Shown here piece after piece: positions 60,660 through 64,000 of a DNA stretch of 64,000 nucleotides. This DNA comes from Curvularia clavata (lineage: Eukaryota), in contig CP089279.1 of the NCBI GenBank assembly GCA_023920165.1, positions 2,232,001 to 2,296,000 on the forward strand. The letters run 5' to 3'. The position numbers were made by a program, and so were the translations under genes. Below the pieces are notes generated by a model, which saw only the letters and a program-made list of their open reading frames with translations, was not told where the DNA came from and did not search any database. How positions within the stretch are numbered: position 1 is the first letter of the stretch; each line of letters starts with the position of its first letter.

Positions 60660-62003
60660 TTATAACTTGCCCAACTCCTGCATAATCCTCAGATCCGCCC
60701 TACTCAGCTCCGCCAAACTCGTCTTGCCCAAGTTCGCAAGCGCATTGTCCGTCTCAGCCCGCAAGCAGTTCAAGACATGTTTGACGCCTTCTTCGCCGCC
60801 CATCGCCAGCCCATACGCATACGGGCGGCCAACAAGGACAGCCTTTGCACCTAGAGCCATTGCCTTGAGGACATCGGAACCCGTCCTGATACCCGAGTCA
60901 AAAAGCACAGTGAGCCCGCTACTCTTCACCTTCTCATCAGCCGTAATCTCAGCAAGCGCATCCAACGATGCAATGGCGCCGTCGAGCTGGCGACCACCGT
61001 GGTTCGAAACAACAATACCCTGCATACCATGCTGAATCGCACGATGCGCATCTTCGACTGTCTGAATGCCCTTGAGCACAATAGGTCCATCCCACATCTC
61101 CTTCAGCTTCTCCAGTTGACTCCAATCCCTATATGCGCCCGACGCCACCAGATTTGTGAAAAATAGCGATTTCTTAATTACCGATGCATTCGCGAGCACT
61201 TTCGCTGCACCCCCAATGCTCCCTGGCCTCTTTAGAATTTCCCAAATCTCTGCTGCTTTTTCAGCCACAGACCGCGTATCGCGCGCCGTTTCCTCGTCGA
61301 AAAGCTGGTTGAACACAGGGTCTGAGAAGCCGTTTGCGCAGCCCTGGCCCCAGATAAAAGGAAGGTAGGATTCGTCGAGGTCGTTGGGGCGCCAGCCGAG
61401 CATGAACGTGTCGAGTGTTACAACGAGGACTTTGTATCCGTTTTCTTTGGCCCGGCGGAGCAGCGAGGCGGTGAAGGCTTCGGCGGAGGGCTTGGGCCAG
61501 TAGAGTTGGAACCACCGGTCGCCGGTCGAAGTGTTTGCGGCGGCGACTTGCTCGATTGTGCGGGTTGCGGCGGTAGAGAGGATCATGGGGATCTTAAGAG
61601 AGGCGCAGGCACGGGCGGTGGCTTCTTCGCCGTCCGAGTGGAGGATCTCTTGCACGCCAATAGGGGCAACGAGGAGAGGCGACGTGTAGCGTGTTCCGAA
61701 GAGAGTGACGCTCATGTCGCGACGTGTCACTGGTACGAGCATCTTGGGGAGCAGTCTGTATCGCGAGAAGGCGGAGACATTGGCTCGGTATGTGTCTTCG
61801 CTGCCTGCGGAGCCAGCGACATAGAGGAAGTTAGGCAGAGGAATGGCGGCGCGCGCGCTGGCCTCCCATTGCGAGGGTTTGGTGGAGTATTTAGGCGGTC
61901 GTAAGGAAGCGTAGATGTCGCGCTGGTATGACGTATAGGCGTCTGGATCTGGTTCGTAAGACGCTGTTTCTGCGGTTTTGGAAACCGCTTTTGTGTCCGT
62001 CAT
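60660..62003 (-). CDS. FMN-dependent alpha-hydroxy acid oxidase/dehydrogenase (lactate 2-monooxygenase-like)
   Basis: APIGVQ, WFQLYW, LVVTLDT..LGWRP.DL, VLKGIQ, VSNHGGRQLDG, DSGIRTGSDVLKA and GRPY motifs. Intronless; ends GKL. Confidence 0.94.
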   Translation of the reverse strand: MTDTKAVSKTAETASYEPDPDAYTSYQRDIYASLRPPKYSTKPSQWEASARAAIPLPNFLYVAGSAGSEDTYRANVSAFSRYRLLPKMLVPVTRRDMSVTLFGTRYTSPLLVAPIGVQEILHSDGEEATARACASLKIPMILSTAATRTIEQVAAANTSTGDRWFQLYWPKPSAEAFTASLLRRAKENGYKVLVVTLDTFMLGWRPNDLDESYLPFIWGQGCANGFSDPVFNQLFDEETARDTRSVAEKAAEIWEILKRPGSIGGAAKVLANASVIKKSLFFTNLVASGAYRDWSQLEKLKEMWDGPIVLKGIQTVEDAHRAIQHGMQGIVVSNHGGRQLDGAIASLDALAEITADEKVKSSGLTVLFDSGIRTGSDVLKAMALGAKAVLVGRPYAYGLAMGGEEGVKHVLNCLRAETDNALANLGKTSLAELSRADLRIMQELGKL

Positions 62004-62531
62004 GATGTCAGTCTATAAGGTTTGTGCTACTTCGAGGTGACACCTTGGTATGCTTTGCTGGGACAGAGGGAATGCAGGGAAATGCGGAGGACGCGTCCCA
62101 TGGGCTTGGTAATGGTAAGTGGATGTACACGCGGAGGTGGGGGAGATAGACGTGCCGAGGCTCCCCCACGAGCCCACCACTCATAGTTCGGCTGGATCCC
62201 TGTCTCGCACTGGGCTTGGGATGGTAATCTTGTTGGTTGCTCTCATATCGCGCGGTGAGAAGGATATGTCGTAGAGTTGGCTGGAGATGGAAGGAACATG
62301 GCTGCTGCTCGCCTCTGGAGAAGACGCAAGGATGTGTCCATACAGGACAAGCGTTAAAGGGCATACCGCACCTACGACCCACCCTTGGGCAGGAGCGAAT
62401 CTGTCTCAGGTCCTCTCACCGCCCGCGCTGTCGCCAAACCGCCGGCGATGCAGAAAACAATTGCTCCATGATACCTCTCGTTCCGCTTGCCATTACCATA
62501 CCTGGACTGGTCTATTATCACCAGCGCCACA

Positions 62532-64000
62532 ATGGCACTATCATTGTCCTGGGGCTCTGCAATTGCTATCGTTATAGCCATTCTTTCGACAATCTATAGC
62601 GTCTACCATACCTCATTGCTGGCGACGCTCAGTCCCTCGCTCCACGCTTCTATATGCGACTCACGCTTACAGACGACGCATCCTGGCTATCTGGGTTACG
62701 GATGTGCTGAGAAGCCTCACCACTCAAGTTGGGACGCTTGGTGGCATCCACAGCGCAGTCGTGGCAATAATGCTAGGGGCAAAGATGCTGCGGGTGTAAT
62801 AACAGAAGATTGGAATATATTGTATCATCTTGGTGGCAATGGGCCTTGGGTGGAGAAAGTAATTGATGTTGTAGAAGGAGGTGTTGCAACGCCTGGGGGG
62901 TGTGAGGTGGTGCAGGTTCATATGGTATGTTTTCGTCCGTTGCTTCAAATTTTTCCTGAACATTTTACGCTGGACTTGTTTCTCATGTGGAGATTATTCC
63001 AAGATAGCTTTTTGGGGGATTGGCTAATATAGTTTGTGAAGATGGCGCGGCATGCTGAGCGGTATCCTACAAAAAGAGCTGGTAGCAGTGAGTGCGCATG
63101 TATGCTGTAGTGCTAAACATATACTTACCAAACTGCAGCCCAAAGGGCCGTTGTCAAGCGTATGAAAGAAAGTGGCAAAGTATTCACAGGAAACTTGTCG
63201 TTCTTTAATGATTGGGAGCTTTTCTGGTCTTCAGGTACGTCCCTGGTCCATAAGATGCTGCTTAAATCGGGGTTTAATCTTTAGATGCCCCTGTTCTTTT
63301 GGTGTCATGATGGAGCCATATAGTCGAGCTTCTTACTCATCAAATTACAGACGAAGATAGTTTGGAACAGCTAACTACCACTGGTCCATTTGCCGGTACA
63401 CTTGGTTCCTTCACTACGGGGGTTCGTCTGCGCACTCGCTACCATCATCTACTTGATCAGGCCATGTCAACCCATCCAGGCCAACCCACATCCTTCTGGG
63501 CTAGCGACTCCAACCGCGTTATTGAGACAGCCAAGCACTTCGCCGCGGGCTTCTTCGGCCTCGACTATGCCAATACAAACACAGCAAGCCTCTCAGTTAT
63601 CTCGGAACACTCCTCTCTTGGTGCAGACACGCTGACGCCCGGCCGAACTTGTATTGCTAATAAGCAAGATAAAGAGCATGGTCAGCGGAAAGGGTACCGT
63701 CTCATGCACAAGTACCGGGCTGTATATATGCCACCTATCCGCGAACGCCTCTTAGAACAAACCGGCCTGCGTTTCACGGACGAAGAAATCTACGCTATGC
63801 AGGAAATGTGTGGGTTTGAGACCACGGTTCGTGGGCGCAGTGACTGGTGCAATGTCTTTACACAAGACGAGTTTCTCAGCTTTGAGTATGCAAGAGATAT
63901 CTTACACTACTACCGTGCTGGGCCGGGACAAAAGTACGCTAAGAGCATGGGATGGTTATGGGTTAATGCTACAACAAATCTTTTGGTGCAAGGACCAGAT
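62532..64000 (+). CDS. Histidine acid phosphatase / 3-phytase-like protein, 3'-truncated. Exons 62532..62924, 63042..63087, 63139..63234, 63351..>64000
   Basis: N-terminal signal anchor, WNILYHLGGNGPW, CEVVQVHM|MARHAERYPT (RHGxRxP-type motif), MQEMCGFET and YYRAGPG. Three GT-AG introns keep the frame. Confidence 0.92.

Noticed and set aside
1..64000. tRNA, rRNA, snRNA, riboswitch, CRISPR, transposon or RIP-degenerated repeats
   Set aside because: None recognised by eye. Small ncRNAs cannot be excluded without tRNAscan-SE or Infernal.

Overview
Gene-dense eukaryotic window from a filamentous ascomycete. Short spliceosomal introns with CTRAC branch sites and the gene content suggest a Dothideomycete/Pleosporales-like fungus (inference). 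I could reconstruct 23 protein-coding genes, two of them truncated by the window edges. Core genes include the tetraspanin PLS1, head-to-head with the MADS-box factor MCM1, a choline/GABA-type permease, SEN1, GNA1, TRM44, RPS10 (five exons, including 14-nt and 7-nt micro-exons) head-to-head with SDE2, a beta-ureidopropionase-like M20 hydrolase, a NIPA Mg2+ transporter, VMA4, a Mid2-like sensor, a large mitochondrial AAA ATPase, a WDR62/MAPKBP1-like WD40 protein with a GC-AG intron, an FMN alpha-hydroxy-acid oxidase and a histidine acid phosphatase. An accessory-looking block at about 32.4-42.0 kb holds a Cys-rich membrane protein, a patatin phospholipase, a nucleoside 2-deoxyribosyltransferase-like gene, a PTH11-like 7TM receptor and a secreted FAD oxidase ending in HREL. 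The best novelty candidate is the patatin gene: once spliced, it joins an NLR-type patatin domain to an EH (Eps15-homology)-like domain, and it lies directly downstream of the co-oriented deoxyribosyltransferase-like gene. That pair could be a signal-plus-membrane-effector module, which is a hypothesis only. I recognised no rRNA, tRNA, CRISPR array or transposon. All family assignments come from motif recognition by eye, not from database searches.
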